From assembly GCA_050949565.1 (NCBI GenBank), contig JBMNFY010000012.1, positions 1 through 48,244 on the forward strand: 48,244 nucleotides of DNA, read 5' to 3'. Shown in pieces: positions 39,339 through 48,244 of this stretch (position 1 is the first letter of the stretch; each line of letters begins with the position of its first letter). The notes beneath the pieces were generated by a model that saw only the letters and a program-made list of their open reading frames with translations, made no database searches and was not told the DNA's origin. The translations under genes and the position numbers were made by a program. The DNA comes from Kiritimatiellia bacterium. Lineage in GTDB: Bacteria > Verrucomicrobiota > Kiritimatiellia > RFP12 > UBA1067.

Positions 39339-41894
39339 TCAGGGGCATTCGCGCTTAAAGAATTTTTGGCGACCCCGTGGCCATACGGCGTTGGTCGGAG
39401 ACCACTCAGTATCCAAGCGTTCCCAGCGATCCGTTAGGCGGTCCTTACCGAACAGCACCGAGACAGGTGACGGCGTCGATGGCCACGCGAGGACAACGTC
39501 GTCTGCAGAGACGTTGATCGCGCCGATACCCGCAGGCGGCACGGGAGTTTGCTGCGGCTCATGACCGATGATGGTGCCATTGTTAATAAACGTGCCGTAC
39601 ACGACGATGGCTCCAAGGTTGGTGATGGTGCCGTTATTGATAAACGTTACGTTCTGCCCGATGATCAACTCTTGTCCATTCGTGACAATCAGAGACCTGT
39701 CCGCAGGAAGCGCTGTGTCAGCGGTCACGGCACTCGCGGCCCCGTACATCTGCCCGCCGTCCGGTGTGATAAGGACGCCGCGACGGAAATCGAGCCCGGC
39801 GACTGGTGTGTTGGCAAAGACAAAGGCATTGCCTGAAATGTGTCCGGTCGCCGCTCCCCCGGAAGAACCTCCGCCGATCGCCTCCGCTCTGTAACTTCCC
39901 TGCGCCTCTATGACGCCGCCGTATAGGGTAACGACGCCACCGGTTCCAGCATGACCGCCGCCGATCCCAGCTCCTCCGTACTGGTATGCTGCGCCCCCGC
40001 CACGTGCTGTGACATGTCCACCTGAAATCGTGACACACCCCGAAGATTCGTACAGGTGGCCCCCGATGCCAGCACTGCTTGCACTTCCCAGTGCCACCAA
40101 TGCACCGTTCGTCGGACATGCCGCCACACCTGAGGCACAGTCTATAAACATCGCCGCCCCCTCTGGAACATGCATGCCGGCAGTCCTAGAACCACCAAGG
40201 AAGGTGTTGGTTCCTGCAAGGAAGAGATGCGCGCACGCCCCCGGATACACATCGAAAGCGCACACATCCCCGGCCGTCACGCGGACATTGACGTTTGAAA
40301 GAACCAAATCAACATCCGTATCCCGAGCCACGCATATTCGGTTTGCTGTGGGCGCGCCTGTTCCGTAGAGCAGGTAGTGCCCTTTCCAACAGAAATTCAG
40401 GCATCCATCGGAAAACGTAAATCCATAGCCATCGGTGGAAACCGTGTTGACATTGATCTCGATCGGATCGGCCGCACTGCCAGCCAGCCCGACTCCAACC
40501 GGCACGGCTCCCGTCACAACTCCCGTCCCGCCGATGGGCAAGGCTGAGAAGGCTTGTCCGAAATTGACATATTCGCCGTCGACCGTGAACATGCCATAGA
40601 CTCTGATGAGCCCGATGTTTTCAAGAACGCCGTCAACGGCAAGTGTTCCGTACACATTGATGGAACCCGCGTTGGTCACGACGGTCTCTGCGCCAATCGT
40701 CAGGGACTGTTCTGCGGCGACATCAAACACCACATTTGAAGGTATGCATCAGGAATGGGGAATCGAGACGTGGTCACTGAGCAAGCGTCCCCGGCCATTC
40801 GTTGCGATCAGTCCTCCTTCGCAGGCGATGTTCGAATGGATGAGGTCTGTGATAACTACGGTGTTGCTTCCCGTTATACTCCCTGAACGGGGCAATAGCG
40901 TTGCAGTGGCGCGGGGAGGGGAACCAATGATGCCCGGTAACTGCTCATGAGCACCTACCGCATGAACGATACCGCCTGATATATTGACCGTCCAGCCGCC
41001 CTTGTAATTGTCGCCGCCGATGGATGCCCCGCCCGAACTGCCACCCGCAGCGGTCACAATGCCGCCAGAGATCGAAATGTCCACCATCGACTCGGCACCG
41101 CCTTCACCACAGCCGATGCCCGCACCGCCATGACCGCCGAATGCCGTCACGTCGCCACCAGAGATGCTGATGGTGCCGCCGCCCGTGCCGCTCCCCGAGT
41201 ATCCCGCCCCTCCGCCGATGCCCGCAGATCCCGATGTTCCACCGTACGCGCGGATCGTTCCGCCGACGATCGTGATCGCTCCACAATTCTGCCCGTCGCA
41301 CCCGCCGATGCCGGAGCCTGTTGTCTCACCGACTGCCGCAAGACTGCCGCCAGTCGGCACGGCATCGAAAACCACCGAGGCACCAGCGGGAACCTGAATC
41401 CCCGCAGCGTGATTGTAGGCTTCTCCATATTCTTTTTCTGTGTCAGAGTATATCGGGTGCCAACCGGTGATAAACGCATTGCTCCCCGCCAGCGTCACAT
41501 AAACAGGGGGACCGTTTTCAAGGAGAAAGGGCGACAGGTCGGCTTGTCCCGACGTACTGACATAGACGTTGGACAGCATAACGTGCGTCATGCTGTCCTC
41601 GCCATACGAAATCGGCGGCGCAACCCGGATGGCGATGTTCGTCTTCTCGCCTGTTCCCAGAATCAGGTAATGCATGTTTTCGGTTGCAGGGGTCAACTCG
41701 ACATGATCGCCATGAAACTGAAACCCTTCATAATAGGCATTTTCATCCAAGGCATTGATGTTAATCACGAACGGCTGATCCGCATCGCCTGGTTCGCCGA
41801 AGAGACTCGGTGCCGAACACACGTCCGCAAGGCAAAGCGCATACACGCACGCCTTCCCATTACGTCCAATATGCGATATTCCGGCTCCTGTCAT
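39339..41894 (-). pseudogene. Large Gly-rich beta-solenoid surface protein interrupted by one in-frame TGA at 40749-40751
   Basis: ORFs 40749-41942 and 39339-40733 share a frame, with only 5 sense codons between the stop and the next GTG; two internally homologous units with AGIGGG / ITISGGxVTAxGG repeats; C-terminus ...QKFFKRECP. Confidence 0.8.
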
Positions 41895-42065
41895 ATCCAC
41901 CTGCTTTCTACGCCGCGCATTACTTATGCGCAAAGCCCACATGACTTGTTCAAAATGTCGTATATACTACTAGATCAACGCCCCTTCCGCCACCGGAGAA
42001 GTCGGGCGTCCTGTACGTTGCTAAATGCTTCGGACTAGCACTAAATACCTGTCCCTTAGTGCCTG

Positions 42066-42368
42066 AAAAATTTGGAGTGCGGCGGCAAGCGGTATTCCGC
42101 GCGACGCCGCTTTTTGAGCAGGAGTGCAGAGGCAAAGCGGCGCGCAAAGGCGGTGCCGCGACCCGCGCACAGCGCGGCTCTTGTCACCGCAAGATGAACA
42201 CAGAGCAGCGCCTTTTCTCTCACGGTTGCGAGCCACTGCGACTGGCGACTGGCGACTCGCGGCTGGATCACCCCTCAAAAAACCTCTGCGTCTCTGCGCC
42301 TCTGCGTTAAAAAATCCCGAGCAGTGCCCCCAAAAATCCTTCGTGTTTCATGTGCGTTTCCTTTGGTG
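42066..42368. repeat. Composite repeat block (ttggagtgcgg REP-like elements, heptamer and octamer arrays)
   Basis: tttggagtgcggcggcaagc...gccgctttt; inverted copy of 38765-38809; gcgactg array; cctctgcgtctctgcgcctctgcgttaaa followed by the ccgagcagtgcc linker as at 15400-15470. Confidence 0.82.
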
Positions 42369-44615
42369 TCATGGGGCGGGGAAGAGGGTTGGGAGCAGGC
42401 TGCCGGTGAGTTCGTCGTCAACCGCGAAGAAGGCGAAGCCGGCGAGACGGCGGCGGCGGGTTTCGGCGATCTGCAGCGCGGCGGTGACGGCATCGAGCTG
42501 GCATTCGTCAGCGCCGCTGCCGAGACCGGGCACGAGTTTGTCCGCTGGCGCGGCGGCGAGGCACGCGGCGAGCTGTGCGTTGAAATCGGCCGGGCTTTCG
42601 GTGTAGATCATCGGGCAGGCGAAGTCGATCAGTCCGTCGCGCAGCCATTCGGGCCAGGCTTGGCCGTGCGCGGCAGCGGCGGCGGGCGTGGGGAAGACGG
42701 CGGCTGAGAGCGAGACTTCGGGAGCGGCGTCGCGCAGGGCGGCGCGGAGTTCGCGGATGAAGGTGGTCATGGTGGCGCGGCGAAATTCGGCGAAGGGCGC
42801 GGCGAGCGCGCCGCCGGGCAGGACGTCGGCGGGCCAGGCGGCGACGGGCTGGCCGCGCGCGGCTTCGAAGGCCTTGCGGGTGGCGGGCGCGTAGCAGCCG
42901 GTGGTTCCGGGGTAGCGCACGTAGTCGAGGTGGATGCCGGCCACGCCGCGGCGGGCGAGGGTACGCAGGCTGTCGATCAGCAGGACGCGGTTTTCGGGCA
43001 GGGAGGGGCAGAGCCAGGGCAGTGTGTTGCCGGCGGCGTCGCGCATCAGGCGGTCTTCGCGGGTGAGGCGCGTAATCAGGGCGGGGGCGGCACCTTCGAG
43101 CGTCCAGCAGGTGACCCAGGCGTGAAGGGCGGTCTTGTGGCGGTCTGCGGCGGTGAGGGCTTCCGCCAGCGTATCGACAGAGGCGCGGCGACCGGACTGC
43201 GTATAGAGCGGGGTGGCGGCGCTTTGCCAGTGGACGAAAAGGGTGTTGACGCGGTGCGCGGCGAGTTGGTCGAGTAGGCCTCGCCAGCCGCGCGGATGGC
43301 GGGCGGTCGGCAGCGGATTCCAAGCGGCGCGCATTTCGTTGGCGACGGTGGCGGCAGGGAGCGGAGCCGGGGCGGCCGGTGGCGGCAGGGGCGCCAGGCC
43401 GAGGTTGGGACAGAGGCTGCGGGCAAGGGTGTTCATCAGGGCGGCGGCGGAGGGGTAGGCCAGCGGCGGGACATGGGCGAACCAGACGCCGCGCGGGGTG
43501 AGCGCGCAGGCCGGAATGTCGGTATTGCGGCCGGTATCGTCGGCCCAGGTGGCCACGACGCGGGCGTCGGTGCCGGGACGGACGGAGGGAGGGATGATGC
43601 TGGTGGTGACGTGGGGGACGCGCGCCGGGGCACCGGGCAGGCGCGAGGGATCGCAGATCAGGGCGGACCAGGGCTGCGCGGGTTCGGAGCCTTGCCAGGT
43701 GCCGGGGCGCAGGCCGAGGCTGGCGGCGAGTTGGGGCGAGGCGTTGTAGAAGACGATAATGCGGCCGTTGCGGTCGACAAAGCGGGTGAGGCGGCTGAGT
43801 TGGCGTGAGGGGAGGGTGGGGGAGTAGGGCAGGAGCAGGAGCGTGTAGGGGTCGAGTGCGTCGAGCGAGTCGTCGATGACGGTGCAGGGGATGTCGGCTT
43901 TGGCGAGCAGGCGGACACAGCGGTCGGTGAGGGCGTCGGCGAGGGCGGTTTCGCCCGGTGCGGTGGTGTCGCTGGCGCGGACGATGGCGACGGCATCGGT
44001 GCGGGCGGAGGCGGCGTTGAGGGTGATGAGGGTGGTGCCGGCGCTCTGTTTCCAGGCGGAGATGCGCAGGGTGTGGGATTTTTTCCAGGGGCCGGGGCGG
44101 CCTTCGGGCTGGAAGATGCCGCGCGGCAGGTCGAGGCGTCGGCGCTGGCCGGAGGTGAAGGCGGGGGAGGCGTTATACCAGCCCTTGCCGGACTGGAGGT
44201 GGATCGAGAGGCCGCGGATCGGCGCGGCATCGGTGCAGGAGAGGGTAAGCTGGAGGGCTGTGGCGGTCTTCGGGATGCGGGCGGGAAGGGGGATGTCCCA
44301 GTAGACGCGCTCGTGCGGGCCATCGAAGCGCACGGGCAGGCGCAGGCCGTCAGGGGCGGCTTCGGCAGGGAGCGTGGCTTCGCCGGCGCGGATCTCGGCG
44401 GCGGCGGGGAAGGGAGGGAGGATCGGCGTTTCGGCGGCGGTGCAACGGAGGGCGGCGCAGAGCAGGACGGCCGCTGCGCGGCTGATTAGGGGGGCTCGTG
44501 CAAAATCCCCCGTGACATGGGCGTCCCGCCCATGAAACACGGGCAAGATGCCCGTGCCACACCTGCAAGCAAGAGGTTTTGCAATATCCTCTAGGGAGAA
44601 ACCTTCAACTTTCAA
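42369..44615 (-). CDS. Family 10-like glycosyl hydrolase (GHL10), with an in-frame MITE in its signal peptide
   Basis: EMRAAW, LHAWV, WLCPSLPENR, GIHLDYVRYP, LSAAVF, GQAWPEWLRDGLIDFACPMIY; TTG start inferred. Confidence 0.82.
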   Translation of the reverse strand: MKVEGFSLEDIAKPLACRCGTGILPVFHGRDAHVTGDFARAPLISRAAAVLLCAALRCTAAETPILPPFPAAAEIRAGEATLPAEAAPDGLRLPVRFDGPHERVYWDIPLPARIPKTATALQLTLSCTDAAPIRGLSIHLQSGKGWYNASPAFTSGQRRRLDLPRGIFQPEGRPGPWKKSHTLRISAWKQSAGTTLITLNAASARTDAVAIVRASDTTAPGETALADALTDRCVRLLAKADIPCTVIDDSLDALDPYTLLLLPYSPTLPSRQLSRLTRFVDRNGRIIVFYNASPQLAASLGLRPGTWQGSEPAQPWSALICDPSRLPGAPARVPHVTTSIIPPSVRPGTDARVVATWADDTGRNTDIPACALTPRGVWFAHVPPLAYPSAAALMNTLARSLCPNLGLAPLPPPAAPAPLPAATVANEMRAAWNPLPTARHPRGWRGLLDQLAAHRVNTLFVHWQSAATPLYTQSGRRASVDTLAEALTAADRHKTALHAWVTCWTLEGAAPALITRLTREDRLMRDAAGNTLPWLCPSLPENRVLLIDSLRTLARRGVAGIHLDYVRYPGTTGCYAPATRKAFEAARGQPVAAWPADVLPGGALAAPFAEFRRATMTTFIRELRAALRDAAPEVSLSAAVFPTPAAAAAHGQAWPEWLRDGLIDFACPMIYTESPADFNAQLAACLAAAPADKLVPGLGSGADECQLDAVTAALQIAETRRRRLAGFAFFAVDDELTGSLLPTLFPAP
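44491..44591. mobile_element. 101-bp MITE related to the IS right end, with 4-bp TSD TAGG
   Basis: Ends ggggctcgtgcaaaa / ttttgcaatatcctc resemble the IS TIR; TAGG at 44487-44490 and 44592-44595; collinear with the reverse complement of 48143-48238. Confidence 0.88.
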
Positions 44616-44638
44616 CGCTCAACTTTCAACGCTCAACG
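44603..44638. repeat. Heptamer tandem array
   Basis: ttcaact ttcaacg ctcaact ttcaacg ctcaacg; contains the TTG start of the GHL10 gene on the minus strand. Confidence 0.85.
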
Positions 44639-44664
44639 GTTATGGGTGGGGGATGCGGTGTACG

Positions 44665-45033
44665 CTACTCCCATTTGTAGACGGAGTCGGACTCTTGAGA
44701 GGCCGCCATGTTGAGATCCTTGTTAGGGGTGAACTGGCGGAAGGCCGAGACGGTTGCTCCTTCGTTGCCATTGCTTGGATAGGCGGGGTAAAAGGGGGAG
44801 CCCGCATTCTGGGGGTGCTGGGGAGGGATGCTTCCGATGGACACCTGTTGGAAGGGGTCTGAGAGTTTGACCGGGTGGTTTTTCTGGGTGTCCGGGGGTT
44901 TGGCGGACGGGGCGGTATGGCGTGTTTTTGGACCCCGTTTGTGGAAAATGCTTTTGTAGAAAGCCACGATCAGAAAAAAGACGCCCAGCACGGAGGCGAT
45001 GAGCGTGACATCGGAAATGGGAAGTTTAGCCAT
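44665..45033 (-). CDS. Small membrane-anchored hypothetical protein
   Basis: 122 aa; N-terminal TM helix, low-complexity tail; follows the ExeA-like gene by 24 bp. Confidence 0.7.
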   Translation of the reverse strand: MAKLPISDVTLIASVLGVFFLIVAFYKSIFHKRGPKTRHTAPSAKPPDTQKNHPVKLSDPFQQVSIGSIPPQHPQNAGSPFYPAYPSNGNEGATVSAFRQFTPNKDLNMAASQESDSVYKWE

Positions 45034-45057
45034 ACGGATGAGTCCTGGATAAGCGGT

Positions 45058-45933
45058 TTAGAGGGAGGGTTGGAGTGTGGTGTCTCGTGCGGCAACCAAC
45101 TCGTTGTGCAAGACATCAAGTCCGGTGTCGTGGGCGGCCTGTCTGACGATGTCCCTGGTCACGTTTGGGGATTGGGCTGCGAAGCCGAGCAACAGGGCGG
45201 TGTCGCAGAGGTTATTGATGCTGCGCGGGACGCCCTGCGAATAGGTGTACACGGCGTCAAGGGCATCTTGGCCGAACACCCAGATGTCGCCACCCACGGC
45301 ACGTATGTGATGATGGACGTACTCGGTGGTCTGGGCAGCGGTGAGGGGTTCGAGGTGCCAGTCGAGCTGAATGCGGCGGCGGAGGGATTCGTGGCGGGCC
45401 AGCGCGGGGCGGATGTCATTGGTGCCGGCCAGAATGATGGTGAATAGCGGACACCCCTCTTTTCTCGTGGTTGCCGGGATGCGCAGGTTACAGAGATAGT
45501 GGGCGAGGTAGAAGCCGTCGCCAACGGCGAGGTGCTGGGCTTCGTCGATAAGCAGGAGCGAACGGGTGAGCGAGTTGGAGTTGCGCTGGCAGTGGGCTTG
45601 GAGCGACATCAGCGCCTCGGGCAGGGTTTGTGCGTGGTCGGGCAGGTCGAGGGATCGCAGGATGTGGCGGGCCATCGGCAGGCTGCCGTTAGGGATGGCG
45701 TCGATCCTGGTGACTGGCAGCCGGGTCTTCGCGGCATGCCGGTGCAGGCATTCGAGTGTCATGGTTTTGCCGACGCCGTAGGCACCGGTGAGCAGTCCAG
45801 CGATGCGTTCCTGGTCGATCAAGTAGTACAGCCGGGCGATTCCTTCCCTGTGCTGCTCCGTCATGTAGATCAGACGATCATTCACGACGTTCAGGAAGGG
45901 CAGGCCGGTCAGGTTCCAGTAGGCGGTATACAT
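45058..45933 (-). CDS. ExeA/GspA-family AAA ATPase
   Basis: MYTAYWNLTGLPF start, Walker A GAYGVGKT, LLIDEAQHL, SQGVPRSINNLCDTALL. Confidence 0.9.
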   Translation of the reverse strand: MYTAYWNLTGLPFLNVVNDRLIYMTEQHREGIARLYYLIDQERIAGLLTGAYGVGKTMTLECLHRHAAKTRLPVTRIDAIPNGSLPMARHILRSLDLPDHAQTLPEALMSLQAHCQRNSNSLTRSLLLIDEAQHLAVGDGFYLAHYLCNLRIPATTRKEGCPLFTIILAGTNDIRPALARHESLRRRIQLDWHLEPLTAAQTTEYVHHHIRAVGGDIWVFGQDALDAVYTYSQGVPRSINNLCDTALLLGFAAQSPNVTRDIVRQAAHDTGLDVLHNELVAARDTTLQPSL

Positions 45934-45955
45934 AAGGCACCAGAGTTATCGCCTG

Positions 45956-46563
45956 TTACGGGAGCTGAACCACGGAGGAAAAATGGATGGGTCTTTTTGG
46001 GGAACCGGCGGGGATCGCCGCCGCGGCCGCTAGGGATGGCGCTCTCGGTGACGCCGCCGTCGCCGGGGCTGCCGCTGGGTTTTGCCGGATCTGTTGCGGT
46101 TGGGGTTCGTCAGACAGGCCTGAGCAGGGGCAGGGCGCAGGATCGGTGGTGATGCCGACACCGGGCAAGATGACGAAGGGGAACGGCGTAGAGAGCTTGC
46201 TGCTCTCGCCGAGGTATTTGGTGACACGCAGGATGCGACATCTGTCATGGGTGTGGGCGAGATGGATAACGACCGGACAGAGATCCTCCAACCGGTTCTT
46301 CAGGGTGTGAGCGGCATTGGAGGCGGGTTTAGGGAGGAGCAGTAGCGAGGTGGCGTCCAGACGCTCAAGTGCGTGGATGAAGGAATAGACGTGTTCGGCG
46401 ATGCGCGTTATCGGCTGAATCGCAACCCACGGCAGTACGGGGTCGAACGCGATCCGGCGGATGGACTGCGATTCGACGATCCCGTGAAGCTCCATGAACG
46501 ATTGGGGCGGCAACATGACGTTGTTACTGGTGCCGCTTTCCGTAATGAACGTGTTGTACTCCA
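45956..46563 (-). pseudogene. 3' part of a KaiC/RAD55-like protein gene cut by the IS
   Basis: IRRIAFDPV...TSLLLL...ILRVTKY...PFVILPGVGI resembles the RecA-like KaiC/RAD55 C-terminal half; the ORF N-terminus (46564-46735) is IS sequence; the 5' part should lie beyond the window end. Confidence 0.6.
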
Positions 46564-48238
46564 GAGGCTCTTGCAAAACCCCCACACCGCAACGCCTGAC
46601 GGCCTGCGGGCGGGACGTCTTGTCAGCGAACCATCCCACCGCCCGGCGCGGCCGGGCATGACGCTCCGCCCCACGCCGCGTCGCCTTCTGCACGGCACCA
46701 TACCGCGCCCAAAACGAACAGGGGTATTGTCGCACATTCCGGGGTGTTTGTCTCCCCCCCCCCCCCCCCCCCCCCCCGATTTTTGTTGTATCTTGTTGCC
46801 GCGCAATATGTTACAATGCCTCCATCATCCGTAAGGACGGAAAAACAAACGCGGAAAGGAGACAAAAACGCATGAAGGAAACGCGACATCAACCCCCTCT
46901 GGGCCAGTTGTGGAACAGCATCCAGTCATGGCTCTTCCCGATGCTGGAGGACGAGATCGGGGAACTCGACGAGAAGCACCGCCAGTTCGTCGCGGTCTGC
47001 GAGCTGTGCGCCCCTCCGCAGGATCACATGGGCGCCTACCGCTGGTGCGGCAACGGCTGCCCGCCGTGCGACCGGCTGGCGATGTGCAAGGCGTTCATAG
47101 GCAAGACCGTCTGGAACTTCGACACCACGAGCGGCCTGATCGACGCCATCCGCCACCGTCCGGCCCTGCGCCGGCTGTGCGGCTGGGAGACGCTCGGCGA
47201 AGTGCCCTCGGCGTCGACCTTCTCGCGCGCCTTCGCCGAATTCGCCAAAAACGGGTGCCCGCAGGAAATCCACGAGGCGATGGTCAAGGCCCGCTATGGC
47301 GACAAGCTCGCCGCGGCACGTCAGCCGCGACGCCACCGCGATCCGCGCCCGCGAGAAGGCCGCGGCCAAGCCGGAGACGGCCCCCGCCCCCGAGCGCGGC
47401 AAACGCGGCCGGCGCAGGAAGGGCGAGCCCCCGGCGCCGCCGCCGGATCCGACACGGCTGCAACTGCAGCTCAACCGCGGCTTGAAGGAAAACCTGGCCG
47501 ACCTGCCCGCGTCCTGCGACTGGGGCTGCAAGAAGAACAGCAAGGGCAAGACAGAATGCTGGCGCGGCTACAAGGCCCATCTGGACGTGATCGACGGCGA
47601 TATCCCGGTCAGCTTCATACTCACTTCCGCCAGCCTGCACGACAGCCAGGCCGCCATCCCGCTGGCGCAGATGACCGCCGGACGGATCGTCAACCTCTAT
47701 GATCTGGCCGACGCCGCCTACGACGCCAAGGAGATCCGCGAGATGTCGGCGCGGCTGGGGCCACGTGGCGCTCATCGACCACAACCCGCGCCGGGGCGAG
47801 AAGATCGAGTTCTCCCCCGGCGGAAGCCCGGCGCTACCACGAACGCACGGCCGTCGAGCGCGTCAACAGCCATCTGCACGAAGAGCACGGCGGACGGAAC
47901 GTCCGGGTGCGCGGCCCGGCGAAGGTGGCGGCGCAATCTGGCCTTCGGGCTGCTGGTCATCGCCGCCGAGCAGATGCTCAGAATGCTTCCCTGACCGGCC
48001 CCGCGGCAGACTGCCCTCCCTGAAAACCCGCCCGCGACCGGGCGGAGGCGCCGGGGTCTGCCCGGAAACATCCGAAAAACGGGAAAAACGCCCTGTCGCG
48101 TCCGTTTTTCAGCAACCGCTGCGCCTCTTCGTCAGAAAATCCTGCAAAATCCCTTGCGTGCAGGCGTGGCACGGGCATCCTGCCTCCGTGTTTCATGGGC
48201 GGGACGCCCATGTCACGAGGGGGTTTTGCAAGAGCCTC
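46564..48238 (+). mobile_element. Complete 1675-bp insertion sequence, IS5/IS1182-like DDE element
   Basis: Perfect 20-bp TIRs GAGGCTCTTGCAAAACCCCC; TSD TCCA at 46560-46563 and 48239-48242; internal transposase gene. Confidence 0.93.
46872..47994 (+). pseudogene. DDE transposase with about four apparent +1 frameshifts
   Basis: LRRLCGW...PSASTFSRAF, HVSRDATAI, WRGYKAHL, SLHDSQ, LADAAYD; ERTAVERVNSHL recovered in another frame; shifts near 47312, 47760, 47820, 47935. Confidence 0.88.
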
Positions 48239-48244
48239 TCCAGA

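Noticed and set aside
40749-40751. Selenocysteine codon or genome-wide TGA recoding
   Set aside because: No redox motif context and no SECIS recognised; TGA ends many ordinary genes in this window.
46564-46735. N-terminus of the 259-aa ORF 45956..46735
   Set aside because: It lies inside the IS left end and is a chance in-frame extension.

Overview
GC-rich bacterial chromosomal window. The gene content and intergenic repeat style suggest a PVC-superphylum organism such as Kiritimatiellae/Lentisphaerae (inference only). Housekeeping genes (tRNA-Phe, mnmA, folC, a class I/II aminotransferase, a NUDIX hydrolase) are mixed with carbohydrate genes: galM, rhaA plus an rhaD-like aldolase, GH99/WbsX-like, GH141-like beta-helix, GHL10, a DUF5107-TPR-hydrolase fusion, an HGSNAT-like acyltransferase and an HzsA-like diheme protein. 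It also has a MacAB-TolC-type exporter, a stand-alone MmeI-like type IIL restriction-modification gene and two interrupted large surface-protein genes. At the right end a complete 1675-bp IS5/IS1182-like element (20-bp TIRs, TCCA duplication) cuts a KaiC/RAD55-like gene upstream of an ExeA-like ATPase. The most striking non-coding signals are a 101-bp MITE homologous to the IS right end, carrying REP hairpins and inserted in-frame into a signal peptide; many classes of REP-like hairpins; 7-9-bp tandem repeats at gene starts and stops; and matched repeat pairs bracketing small gene cassettes.
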